Assembly (NCBI GenBank): GCA_037380845.1
Contig: JARRRI010000050.1
Coordinates: forward strand, 1 to 14,772
Direction of reading: 5' to 3'
Source: Candidatus Sulfobium sp.
GTDB lineage: Bacteria > Nitrospirota > Thermodesulfovibrionia > Thermodesulfovibrionales > UBA6898
DNA: 14,772 nucleotides
How positions within the stretch are numbered: position 1 is the first letter of the stretch; each line of letters begins with the position of its first letter. Positions 1-9,000 of the stretch are shown here, piece after piece. Below the pieces are notes generated by a model. That model had not been told where the DNA came from. It did not search any database and saw only the letters and a list, made by a program, of their open reading frames with translations. The position numbers were made by a program, and so were the translations under genes.

Positions 1-744
1 CCGCCCGGGCGGCGGCCGGTCGTCACCGAGATTGTACGTCCGGCGGATAAAGCCCGCATATACGCCATTCTGGAAAGGGAAATAGGGCGGGGCAGGCAGG
101 CCTATGTCGTGTATCCGGTCATCGAGGGGTCCGAGAAAACCGACTGGAAGTCGGCCTCTGAGGGAAAGGAGGCATTTGAAAGGATATTTCCCGGTTACAG
201 GATCGCGCTGCTTCACGGCAGAATGGGCTCAGCCGGGAGGGAGGCAGTGATGACCGCTTTCAGAGACGGGGAGATAGACATCCTCGTAACGACGACGGTA
301 GTTGAGGTGGGCGTCGACGTTCCTAACGCGACGGTTATGGTGGTCGTCCATGCGGAGAGGTTCGGCCTTGCCCAGCTCCATCAGCTGCGGGGTCGGGTGG
401 GAAGGGGAGAGGAAGACTCACGATGCCTGCTTGTCTCCTACGGGCGGGGCGACGGCGATGCGGGGAGGAGGCTCGACGCGTTGGTGAGAAGCAGCGACGG
501 TTTCAGGATAGCAGAGGAGGACCTTGCAATAAGGGGCCCGGGGGAGTTTTTCGGGACAAGACAGGCCGGCGTCCCGGAATTGAAGGTTGCTGATATAATA
601 AGACACGCGGGGGTGCTGGAAACAGCCAGGAGGGAAGCCTTCCGGTTGATAGAGGCGGACCCGGGACTGATGGAGCACCCTTTGCTGAAGAAGGCGGTGG
701 AGAAGTCATGGAGAGGGACCACCGGCCTCCGGATGACGGGGTAA
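1..744 (+). CDS. recG: ATP-dependent DNA helicase RecG, C-terminal part (5' truncated by the window edge)
   Basis: Frame 1 is open from base 1 (PPGRRPVVTEIV...GRQAYVVYPVIE). It carries helicase motifs LLHGRM, TTVVEVGVDVPNA and AERFGLAQLHQLRGRVGRG, plus the RecG/Mfd TRG motif DGFRIAEEDLAIRGPGEFFGTRQAG. Stop TAA at 742-744. Confidence 0.96.
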   Translation, partial: PPGRRPVVTEIVRPADKARIYAILEREIGRGRQAYVVYPVIEGSEKTDWKSASEGKEAFERIFPGYRIALLHGRMGSAGREAVMTAFRDGEIDILVTTTVVEVGVDVPNATVMVVVHAERFGLAQLHQLRGRVGRGEEDSRCLLVSYGRGDGDAGRRLDALVRSSDGFRIAEEDLAIRGPGEFFGTRQAGVPELKVADIIRHAGVLETARREAFRLIEADPGLMEHPLLKKAVEKSWRGTTGLRMTG

Positions 745-748
745 CCAC

Positions 749-829
749 GAACCGTTTGAACCGTTTAAACTGTTTAAAACGTTTGAGCCGTTTAAAACGT
801 TTGAGCCGTTTGAACCGTTTGAACCGTTC
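749..829. repeat. Tandem 9-bp repeat, 9 degenerate units (consensus GAACCGTTT)
   Basis: Units read directly: gaaccgttt, gaaccgttt, aaactgttt, aaaacgttt, gagccgttt, aaaacgttt, gagccgttt, gaaccgttt, gaaccgttc. The array starts 4 nt after the recG stop. Confidence 0.95.
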
Positions 830-850
830 TTTTGGAGAGAGGAGGGAAGC

Positions 851-1165
851 ATGCTGAAGAGAATTATAGGCAATTTCAGGGACGGGCTGTCGAGGATCAG
901 ATGGTTTGCGCATGTTTTTTCGGAAAGGGTGAAGATCGAGATAGCTGTCATCAAACTGTTGTACCGGTCGGACGAAATGGAAAAGAGAAGACAGGAACTT
1001 TTCAGGACCATAGGGGAGCGGATTTATGAGGTAAAGGGAAATCACGAAAAGAACGTCTTCAGGGACAAAGTGATTGTGGAGGCCATGGAGGACATCGAGA
1101 AGATGGAAAAGAATATCGAGGAACTTAAAGAGCGGGTTTCCGAGATACACGGCGTAGGCGTCTGA
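851..1165 (+). CDS. Hypothetical coiled-coil protein (104 aa)
   Basis: Strong SD (GAGGAGG) before the ATG. The sequence is E/K-rich and helical. Its stop overlaps the pilD start (TGATG). Confidence 0.8.
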   Translation: MLKRIIGNFRDGLSRIRWFAHVFSERVKIEIAVIKLLYRSDEMEKRRQELFRTIGERIYEVKGNHEKNVFRDKVIVEAMEDIEKMEKNIEELKERVSEIHGVGV

Positions 1166-1944
1166 TGCCGCTGTATATTATAGTTATCGCCTTCGGGGCG
1201 GTCATCGGCTCTTTCCTTAATGTTTGCATTTACAGGATACCCAGAAAACAGTCAATTGTGTTTCCATCATCGAGATGTCCCTCGTGCGGCACGCCCATAA
1301 AGCCATGGGACAATATTCCGGTCCTCAGTTATATCTTTCTGCTCGGAAAATGCCGCAGCTGCGGAGAGAGGATATCTCTCAGGTATCCGCTGGTCGAGGC
1401 ATTGAACGCTTTCTTTTACGCGGCGGCCCTCTGGAGGTACGGGCCGGGATGGGATTTCGTCATATACTGTCTTCTCCTTTCAGCACTCATAGTGGTTACT
1501 TTCATAGACCTGGAATTCCTCATAATTCCCGACCGGATAACCCTTCCCGGAATCCCGGTGGGGCTTGCGGCGGGCTGCCTCCTACTTCCCGATCCCTTCA
1601 TGAGGGCTAATCTCCTGGGTTATAAGGCATCGCTGATCGGGGCGGCAGGGGGCTTTATCTTCTATTTCCTCATGGCGGAGCTGAGCATCAGACTTTTCAA
1701 AAAAGAGGGAATGGGCGGAGGTGACATCAAATTGATGGCCATGATAGGAGGGTTCATGGGATGGAAGAGCGTGATCCTGACTACGTTTGCAGGCAGCCTT
1801 TTGGGCTCGGCAGGCGGGATAGCGTTGATGGTCGCCAGGGGCAAGGGCAGGGGGACGCTGATACCGTTCGGCCCGTTCCTGGCCGTCGGTGCGGTAATAA
1901 GCCTGTTTTTCGGTCAGGAGATACTACTGTGGTATTTACACTGA
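1165..1944 (+). CDS. pilD: Type IV prepilin peptidase / N-methyltransferase (peptidase A24A)
   Basis: GSFLNVCIYRIP N-terminus, two Cys pairs (CPSC, CRSC), catalytic Asp motifs (FIDLE, MGGGDIKL), the IPFGPFLA motif and multiple transmembrane segments. Confidence 0.95.
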   Translation: MPLYIIVIAFGAVIGSFLNVCIYRIPRKQSIVFPSSRCPSCGTPIKPWDNIPVLSYIFLLGKCRSCGERISLRYPLVEALNAFFYAAALWRYGPGWDFVIYCLLLSALIVVTFIDLEFLIIPDRITLPGIPVGLAAGCLLLPDPFMRANLLGYKASLIGAAGGFIFYFLMAELSIRLFKKEGMGGGDIKLMAMIGGFMGWKSVILTTFAGSLLGSAGGIALMVARGKGRGTLIPFGPFLAVGAVISLFFGQEILLWYLH

Positions 1945-1978
1945 TGACTAACGCTGGAGAAATATGTAAATATGATCC

Positions 1979-2007
1979 CTCTGCGCCCTCTGCGTCTTTG
2001 CGGTGAA
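1979..2007 (-). repeat. Solo arm of the TTCACCGCAGAGACGCAGAG repeat family
   Basis: ctctgcgccctctgcgtctttgcggtgaa is nearly identical to the arm at 13087-13117. Confidence 0.85.
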
Positions 2008-2084
2008 CCGGTTTTGGTCGGCCTTGCGATCCTGAACTTCGGGAGTTGCAGTTTGTAGCTGACAGCTGGGCTGAGTGCTGAAGG

Positions 2085-2119
2085 ATTGCCGGCTTGTGAG
2101 CTTGCCGGCTTGCCAGCTA
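2085..2119 (-). repeat. Short cluster of 8-bp CAAGCnnn repeats (reverse orientation)
   Basis: attgccgg-cttgtgag-cttgccgg-cttgccag-ct belongs to the same family as 3448-3607. Confidence 0.7.
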
Positions 2120-2139
2120 TACTCATATGTGAGTAACCC

Positions 2140-3372
2140 ATGGAAAACGTAATTTTCACAGTCATCATTCTTTCATCTCTTTTTCTCGTTCTCATTCTTA
2201 TGTCCACATTCAGGGCACTTATGAACTTTCACAGGAAGAAGGTGAAGAAGGAAGAAAATGACACCACGCAGGTCGGTTTTGTGGTGGACACCTTTCATGA
2301 ACTTGTGGCGAAGTTGAAAGAGAAGGAGAGGGAACTGGAGGGGCTTAAGACAAGGGCCGAGGACAGGGCATCTTCGATAGAGATATACAACGAAGACATC
2401 CTGCAGAGCGTGCCGAGCGGGGTAATAAGTTTCGATAAGGGATTGATTATCACAAAGATGAATTCCTCTGCGGGAAAGATACTGGACCTGACGGAAGATG
2501 AGGTGATAGGAAAGGACTATGACTCGGTGTTGAGCGGTCCGGTAGCCGATGTGATCGGGGAGAGAAAGACGGTGGAGAGGGCCGAAGTTGCCTATGTGAC
2601 CGGGGACGGGAAGAGGATATGGCTGGGCCTCAACATGTCGCCCCTGAAGGACAGTGCAAACAACATCATAGGGCAGATACTGGTCTTTACGGACCTGACT
2701 GAACTGAAGGCCTTTCAGTCCCAGATGGAACTGAGGGAAAGGCTTTCCAATCTCGGCGAAATGTCGGCCGGTATAGCCCACGAGCTGAGAAACCCCCTCG
2801 GCGTAATATCGGGTTATACGAAGATGCTGATGAAGAAGGCCGGTCCCGGCTCTCTGGCGGCGGTCGAGGCGATAGCCAAAGAGGTGGAAGTAATGGACCG
2901 GATAATCAAGGACTTCCTCTCATTCGCGAAGCCCACTGAGCCCGCCTTCTCAGAGGTGGACCTGAACGAGCTCATCGACGGGTGTCTCGGCGGAATCCCG
3001 GGGGGAGAGGAGGGGATCAAGGTTATCAGGAAGACCGACGGACTGTCAAAGGTGCGGGGGGACGAAGTGCTGCTGCGTCAGGCACTGACCAACCTCGTCC
3101 AGAACGCGATAGAGTCGATGCCTGATGGCGGGGAACTCCGCATATCGGGCTCCGGCGGCGACCCCCTCAGCGTTGCCGTCTCGGACACGGGCCATGGCAT
3201 CCCTGAAAGCATCAGGGACAAGATCTATATGCCTTTCTTCACGACAAAGGAGAGGGGCACCGGCCTCGGACTCTCGATCGTCCATAAGATCGTGGTATCC
3301 CACGGCGGCAGCCTGGACGTGGAAAGCGGCGAACAGGGCACGACTTTCACCATCAACCTGCCGAAGTCATAG
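2140..3372 (+). CDS. Membrane-anchored PAS-domain sensor histidine kinase (NtrB/PilS-like class)
   Basis: N-terminal TM helix, coiled coil, PAS-like region (ILQSVPSGVISFD...NSSAGKIL), H-box AGIAHELRNPL, N-box TNLVQNA, G1 DTGHGI, F-box PFFTTK and G2 GTGLGL. Confidence 0.93.
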   Translation: MENVIFTVIILSSLFLVLILMSTFRALMNFHRKKVKKEENDTTQVGFVVDTFHELVAKLKEKERELEGLKTRAEDRASSIEIYNEDILQSVPSGVISFDKGLIITKMNSSAGKILDLTEDEVIGKDYDSVLSGPVADVIGERKTVERAEVAYVTGDGKRIWLGLNMSPLKDSANNIIGQILVFTDLTELKAFQSQMELRERLSNLGEMSAGIAHELRNPLGVISGYTKMLMKKAGPGSLAAVEAIAKEVEVMDRIIKDFLSFAKPTEPAFSEVDLNELIDGCLGGIPGGEEGIKVIRKTDGLSKVRGDEVLLRQALTNLVQNAIESMPDGGELRISGSGGDPLSVAVSDTGHGIPESIRDKIYMPFFTTKERGTGLGLSIVHKIVVSHGGSLDVESGEQGTTFTINLPKS

Positions 3373-3403
3373 ATAGTGGGCAAGGGGTGAATCTTTAAGG
3401 AAA

Positions 3404-3684
3404 CCGCAGACCCTCAGGGACTAACAAACACACACGCTGGCAAGCACCAAGCTTACAAGCTATCAAGCCTACAAGCTATCAAGCCTACAAGCTATCAAGC
3501 CTACAAGCTATCAAGCCTACAAGCTATCAAGCCTACAAGCTATCAAGCCTACAAGCTGTCAAGCCTACAAGCTGTCAAGCCTACAAGCTATCAGGCCAGC
3601 AAGCTAGGAGGCAAAGTCCGGTATATCAGCCCTCGGCTGTCGGTTTTCAGCTGAAAAACAGCCTTTTTTACCGCAGACACTCGC
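3404..3684 (+). repeat. Long direct repeat, copy 1 (281 bp), containing a 16-bp tandem array (CAAGCCTACAAGCTAT-like x10, 3448-3607)
   Basis: Aligns with 4688-4904 from ccgcagaccctc to ccgcagacactcgc. The 3' part (caagctaggaggcaaagtccgg...ccgcagacactcgc) reads identical in both copies. Confidence 0.95.
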
Positions 3685-3788
3685 GGACTTGCGCAGACAA
3701 AGACGATTTCTTTTTTTCGGCCACGTCGGCCGAAAGAAAAAACTTGCAGTTCAATCTTAATCCTTTCGTCCGTGCCCGTCTGCGGTTG
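3669..3788. repeat. Palindromic REP/MITE-like element with CCGCAGAC arms and a central hairpin
   Basis: Left arm accgcagacactcgcggac matches the reverse complement of the right arm, accgcagacgggcacggac. The central hairpin is ttttttcggcc-acgtc-ggccgaaagaaa. A related solo arm lies at about 14498-14517. Confidence 0.75.
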
Positions 3789-3798
3789 ATCGTCGTTA

Positions 3799-3826
3799 TT
3801 GGCCTGACAGGCGGTTGTGATATAAT
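3799..3826 (+). promoter_or_regulatory. Sigma70-type extended -10 promoter for the MNT-HEPN operon
   Basis: TGTGA-TATAAT at 3816-3826 is a perfect TGnTATAAT. There is a weak -35 (TTGGCC, 3799-3804). The ATG at 3834 lies 8 nt after the -10. Confidence 0.7.
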
Positions 3827-3833
3827 TGTGCAT

Positions 3834-4256
3834 ATGCGGAGGCGACAATGTTCAGCAGCAGAGAAAGCGATTGTACTGAGAGAAATCTCGGATGCACTCA
3901 ATGAGAAGGATTATATTTTGTTTGCTTATGTTTTCGGCTCTTTCGTTTCCGATGAAAGGTTCGGAGACATTGATGCGGGTATCTTTGTGCGCCTGGAAGA
4001 GCGCCGCTCTCCGCTAAAGCTTGAATTGAGGGTCGAAGAAGAGTTGGCGGACAGGCTCCGTATGCCGGTTGATGTGAGAGTGATTAACAATGCTCCATTG
4101 TCCTTTCTTTACAATATCTTGAGGAGGCAGGTCGTTGTTGTCGACAGGGACCGCACGGCGAGGGCCGATTTCGAGGGACTTATTTATAAGAAGTATTTTG
4201 ACTTTCAGCACCTGAGAAAGGAATATCTCAGGGAGATGGTGAATGCCCCTCTTTAA
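3834..4256 (+). CDS. Minimal nucleotidyltransferase (MNT; MntA-type antitoxin), about 140 aa
   Basis: Pol-beta-like motif FAYVFGSF...GDIDAGIF and VDVRVINNAP. It overlaps the downstream HEPN gene. The start is placed at ATG 3834 because the upstream in-frame extension is repeat and promoter DNA. Confidence 0.9.
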   Translation: MRRRQCSAAEKAIVLREISDALNEKDYILFAYVFGSFVSDERFGDIDAGIFVRLEERRSPLKLELRVEEELADRLRMPVDVRVINNAPLSFLYNILRRQVVVVDRDRTARADFEGLIYKKYFDFQHLRKEYLREMVNAPL

Positions 4257-4677
4257 TCCCGACAAGATCGCCAAACTTGTTTCTGAAATGCGGAAGGCCG
4301 TGGGTCACCTGAAAACTCTTCGGGAACTTGGTAAAGAGAAGTTTGCCGGTGATCCCGACAAGGTCGGCAGTGCCAAATATCATTTTATAGTCGCCATTGA
4401 AGCTGCCATCGACATTTGCAATCATATTATTTCGCAAAACGGGTACAGGGCACCCGAAGATTATGCCGACACCTTTCAGGTTTTGCGGGAGCAGGGGGCC
4501 TTCGATAGCGTGTTTACAAGAGAACTGCGAGAGATGGCGAAGTTCCGTAACAGGCTGACACATTTATACTGGGAAGTCGATGATGTGCAGGTCTACGACA
4601 TCTTGAGTGAAAGGCTCGGCGACTTCAAAAAGTTTCTCGACGGACTCTCGGCTTTCCTGGAACTGGAAAAACTTTAA
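4243..4677 (+). CDS. HEPN-domain RNase toxin (DUF86 / HepT-like)
   Basis: RX4HXY motif (FRNRLTHLY) and the typical AIEAAIDICNHII...PEDYADTF segment. SD GGGAG upstream. Paired with the MNT gene. Confidence 0.92.
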   Translation: MPLFNPDKIAKLVSEMRKAVGHLKTLRELGKEKFAGDPDKVGSAKYHFIVAIEAAIDICNHIISQNGYRAPEDYADTFQVLREQGAFDSVFTRELREMAKFRNRLTHLYWEVDDVQVYDILSERLGDFKKFLDGLSAFLELEKL

Positions 4678-4687
4678 CTGAACGCGG

Positions 4688-4904
4688 CCGCAGACCCTCG
4701 CAGACTAACAAACACACACGCTAGCAAGCACCAAGCCGACAAGCTATCAAGCCAGCAAGCTATCAAGCCTACAAGCTGTCAAGCCTACAAGCTATCAGGC
4801 CTACAAGCTATCAGGCCAGCAAGCTAGGAGGCAAAGTCCGGTATATCAGCCCTCGGCTGTCGGTTTTCAGCTGAAAAACAGCCTTTTTTACCGCAGACAC
4901 TCGC
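4688..4904 (+). repeat. Long direct repeat, copy 2 (217 bp), with 6 units of the 16-bp array (4732-4827)
   Basis: Same sequence as 3404-3684 but 64 bp (4 x 16 bp) shorter. Confidence 0.95.
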
Positions 4905-4926
4905 TGGACAACGGCTAAAAAAATAG

Positions 4927-5022
4927 TTCACCACAGAGGCGCGGAGAGCACAGAGATTTATCCGCCTCCGGCGAAATAAAACGATTCTTTGTTTTCCGTT
5001 GAGAGGACGGAGAACAAAGAAT
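4927..5022 (+). repeat. Arm + TGAGAGG-loop hairpin repeat unit
   Basis: Arm ttcaccacagaggcgcggagagcacagaga. Hairpin attctttgttttccgt-TGAGAGG-acggagaacaaagaat (4984-5022). Confidence 0.85.
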
Positions 5023-5101
5023 ATCAGCTAGCCTCACGCCCATTGTCTTCTTCTTTTTGATTTTTACCATAGCCTATAGCCTATTGCCTTCTTTTTGCCT
5101 G

Positions 5102-5144
5102 TTGACACAAAAGGGCGGGAATTGTTATTGTTCAAAAGATGAAC
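5102..5144 (+). promoter_or_regulatory. Sigma70 promoter with an overlapping inverted-repeat operator candidate
   Basis: TTGACA at 5102-5107, an 18-bp spacer and TGn-TATTGT at 5123-5131. GTTCA-N5-TGAAC at 5130-5144 spans the ATG at 5139. Confidence 0.7.
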
Positions 5145-5747
5145 GACGAGCGCTTCCCGGGTGCTGAACAGCACAGGGCACTGCAGATACTGGATGAACT
5201 GTCCTCTGATGAATCACTGACGCAGAGGGATTTGAGCAGTAGATTGGGCATCGCCCTGGGTCTTGTCAATTCCTATCTGAAGAACCTTGTAGCAAAAGGA
5301 TATGTTACCGTGAAGTCAATACCGCCCAGGAGGTATGCCTATTTTCTTACACCCAAGGGGTTTGCCGAAAAGACAAGGCTTACCTATGATCTGCTCCATG
5401 ACTATACCAGGATTTATCGTGAAGCAAGGGGCGGCTTCAAGAGGCTGTTTGCCGGACTGATGGCAGAGGGAGCCGGAACCGTTGTTCTGGCGGGCGCCGA
5501 CGAGGTGGCGGAGATAGCCTACCTGACCCTCCAGGAGATCGGACTCGGGCTCTCGGGTGTCGTAGACGAGGAGCTGGCGGGAAAGAAATTCTTCGGATGG
5601 GAAGTGAAGCCGCTGAAAGATGTGAGGTCCTTCGCATATGACAAGGTTGTGGTGGCGTCCTATTTAAAAAGAGAGAAGATTTACGATCAACTCCTCCGTT
5701 ACAAGGTGGCTGAGGAAGACATAAAAGTGGTTTTTGGAACAAGCTGA
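5139..5747 (+). CDS. Winged-helix transcriptional regulator, EPS-associated MarR-like, with C-terminal Rossmann-like domain
   Basis: HTH TQRDLSSRLGIALGLVNSYLKNLVAKGYV and wing YAYFLTPKGFAEKTRLT, typical of the MarR_EPS-type family. The C-terminal VVLAGADEVAEIA...GVVD segment resembles a dinucleotide-binding fold. Confidence 0.85.
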   Translation: MNDERFPGAEQHRALQILDELSSDESLTQRDLSSRLGIALGLVNSYLKNLVAKGYVTVKSIPPRRYAYFLTPKGFAEKTRLTYDLLHDYTRIYREARGGFKRLFAGLMAEGAGTVVLAGADEVAEIAYLTLQEIGLGLSGVVDEELAGKKFFGWEVKPLKDVRSFAYDKVVVASYLKREKIYDQLLRYKVAEEDIKVVFGTS

Positions 5748-5985
5748 CGCTCCAAGCTGGCAGGCTGACAAGCTATCAAGCTGGCAAGCGAAAAGAAGCT
5801 ATCAAGCCTGCAGCTTGTTAGGTTGGTTTTAAAGCTCTCCAGCGGGTTAGTTTTTCTGGACGAGCTATTGCCGGCAGCCGAGCTGAACGCATGTAAGCTT
5901 TTGGGTTTGTGAGCTTGAGAGCTTGCCGGCTTGATGGCTTGTAAGCTTTTGGGTTTGTAAGCTTGATAGCTTGTAAGCTTGTAAG
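5740..5985. repeat. Two convergent clusters of 8-bp CAAGCnnn repeats
   Basis: The forward cluster at about 5740-5814 (caagctgg caggctga caagctat caagctgg...) faces a reverse cluster at about 5892-5985 (gcttgata gcttgtaa gcttgtaa). tgtaagcttttgggtttgt is duplicated at 5892 and 5940. Confidence 0.85.
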
Positions 5986-6035
5986 GCGGTAGCCCGTCCA
6001 AAATCAGGGAAAAGACAAAAAGAAGGCTCGAGGCA

Positions 6036-9000
6036 ATGGGCTATCGACAATCACAAAAGAGATTACGGATAGTGGACGGTACGCGTTTCTTCCTGTCACC
6101 TATTGCCTATCGTCTGTTGTTGTTTTTTTGCGTTATGCTCGTCGCCCTCTGTTCCCTCAGTTCGATGGCTTACGCGGAAACCGGCAAGACCCCTCAGCTC
6201 GATATCAAGGCTCTTGCGCCGGGCATCGCGAAACAGTTGGAAAAGAGCGGCCTGGCGAATGTGCTTGTGGTGCTGGATGACAGCGACGCATGGACCTTTG
6301 CCGCCCGGCAGAGAAAGATACACGGTCTCAGATACGACAACGCGGCGATTCTGGCCGGGAAAGTCCCTATCCTGAGACGGGAGAAGGACAGCGTACTTTC
6401 GAGGATGTCGCTTCAGAATTACAGGGTCCTCGCCGATTATGACAATTTCCCTGTCCTTTATCTGCAGGTCAATGAGCATGCCGTGGCGCATTTGCAGGCA
6501 ATGAAAGAAGTAAAGGCTGTCAGCGAAAACAGGGCCCTGAGGCCTTTCTACACGGACAACCAGAACCTCATAGGCGCGGCGTCGGCCTGGACATATGGAG
6601 GAGGACAGACGGGCGCCGGCACTGCGGTGGCCGTGCTGGACAGCGGCGTAGATTATTTGCTGAGCGACTTCGGTACATGTTCGGCGCCGGGCGATCCCGG
6701 TTGCAGCGTTGCCTTCGAACAATGCTTCGCGACTGAGGGCGGGGCCCTGGCGACTCCCAGTTGCTATCCCGATAATTCGCATGGTACGAACGTCCAGGGG
6801 ATCGTCCTTCAGGTAGCGCCCGGCACGAAGCTGCTTTCCCTTGATGTATTCGGCCCTTATGACTACGCCTATGACAGCGATGTCCTGGATGCCTTGAACT
6901 GGGTCGTCGCAAACCAGGCTACTTACAATATCGTAGCGGCAAACATGAGCATGGGCGCGGGCATTTATACTGCCCCTTGTCCGAACGATCCCCTCGCTTC
7001 CGCAATAAGCACCCTGAGGAGCGCCGGTATGGTTACGACGGTTTCATCGGGCAACAGCGGGTGGGCCGGCGGGCTCGCTTCTCCGGCCTGCGCGCCGGAT
7101 GCGGTCTCTGTCGGCGCCGTATATGCGAATGATTATGGACCGCAGTCCTGGTCGGTCTGCAGCGATTCTTCAACCGCGGCAGACCAGGTGGCCTGTTTTT
7201 CGGACAGTTCATCTTTTCTGACGCTGCTTGCCCCCGGTTCGGTCATTACCGCTGCGGGGATCACCATGAGCGGCACTTCTCAGGCGGCCCCGCATGTGGC
7301 GGGCTCCGCGGCGGTGCTGAAGGAGCAGAACAGCGCCCTGACGGTCGATGAGGAAGTCGCCAGACTGGAGGCCACGGGCGTGCCCGTTCTCGACGGGAAG
7401 AACGACATCACCAAGCCCCGAATCGATCTTTACTCCGCTGTTTCTGTAACAAGCCCGATCCTGGTGACAAGCCCGGCGGATTTTGAATTTGTGTCGCCGG
7501 ACAATGTTGCGCCCCCCGGCCAGACACTCAAGATAATTAACGGCGGAACGGGTACGATGAACTGGACTGCAGACAACGGCGGGTCGTCGTGGTTGCTGCC
7601 TGCGCCCGGGTCGGGGACGGGTACCACAGACGTCTCGGTGGACATTGACCCGACGGGCCTCACTCCCGGAACATACAACGGCCAGCTTACGATATCGGCG
7701 ACGGATGCGTCGGCCAATCCGGCACTTGATTCGCCGGCAAACATACCGGTTACCCTCAAAGTGCTGGACCCGGCCTACAGCGAGGATTTCGAAACCGGCG
7801 ACCTGGCAAAGCTGCCATGGGTGACCGGAGGGGACGGAACATGGTCTGTGGAGAGCGCGACCGTCTTCCGGGGTACTTACTCTGCACAGTCTCCGGCAAT
7901 CTCAGACAGCCAGTCCAGCTATCTGCAGGTCACCCTGAATGTGACGTCCCCGGGATATGTTTACTTCCGGCTTAAGACGGACACCGAGCCGACCTACGAT
8001 AACCTCAAGTTCTATGTGGACGGTGTCAACGAAGGACCTTTTTACGGGTGGTCCGGAAATACGGACTGGACGCTGGGCCGGTCGGAGTACGAGGTAACTC
8101 CGGGCGTTCACACATTTAAATGGATATATTCAAAGGATGGAAGCGTATCGGATGGTAGCGACGCAGTCTGGCTCGACGATGTCTTCTTCCCGCCCTGGAA
8201 CCTGGTGTCCGTTGATCCGGAGGCATATGACTTCGGTGAAGTGGCCCTGAGCAGCTCGTCTTTCCCCCGGACCTTTACGGTGTCGAATATCAGCGGAGCC
8301 GCGGTCTCGCTGGGAAGTGTTTCTATATCCGGTCCGGATGCCGCCGAGTTTGCGATCGGTGCGGACAACTGCTCGGGACAGTCACTGGGAGCGGCAGGCA
8401 GCGGGACCGATACCTGCACGGTGGACGTGACCTTCAACCCTGTGTCGCCAAAGGGTGTCAAAAGCGCTCTGCTGTCGATTCCGGCAGGCCCGACTGTAAG
8501 CATCGCTTCAATAAGCGGAACCGCCGGTCTCAAGCGTACGCTTACCATCGACAAGAATACTGCCTATGCCAGCGGCACGGGTGTCGTCTCGAGCACTCCT
8601 GCGGGCATAGACTGCGGAAGTGTATGCTCGGCAAGGTTTTTTGACGGTGACACCGTCACATTGAATGCAACGCCCGACCCCGGCTCGACCTTCAGCGGCT
8701 GGTCGGGCGGCTGTACGAGCGACCCATGCAATATAACGCTTACGGCCGACACAACGGTTTACGCAACCTTTGAGACCATACCGCCAACCGCCGGCTTCAG
8801 CGGCTCTCCGCTGTCGGGGATGGCGCCTCTGGCGGTTACGTTTACGGACGCGTCCTCGGCAAATACATCTGCCTGGTCCTGGAATTTCGGCGACGGAGGA
8901 CAAAGTTCGGTACAGAATCCGGTTTACACTTACACCAATCCCGGCACCTATTCAGTATCTCTCACGGTTGCAAATCCGGGAGGTTCGGATACCATGACGA

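Noticed and set aside
503..1150. 215-aa minus-strand ORF with KRFKRL repeats (and 706-1011 with NGSNGS)
   Set aside because: These are antisense to recG and the 851-1165 gene. The peptide repeats are just translations of the 9-bp tandem repeat.
3448..3607. Possible CRISPR array
   Set aside because: The units are contiguous 8/16-bp tandem repeats with no unique spacers, and there are no cas genes in the window.
4670..4930. Integron attC site after the TA pair
   Set aside because: I could not find a matched RYYYAAC / GTTRRRY pair with complementary L boxes, and there is no integrase in the window.
4984..5022. Rho-independent terminator call for the TGAGAGG hairpins
   Set aside because: The same hairpin occurs in both orientations relative to transcription, has a conserved loop and is tied to an upstream arm. 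Termination may be a side effect but does not explain the pattern.
5067..5090. Heptamer repeats (ccatagcctatagcctattgcct; similar short runs near 6097-6116, 9406-9430 and 9542-9560)
   Set aside because: Each has only 3-4 degenerate units, too short to support a separate functional claim.
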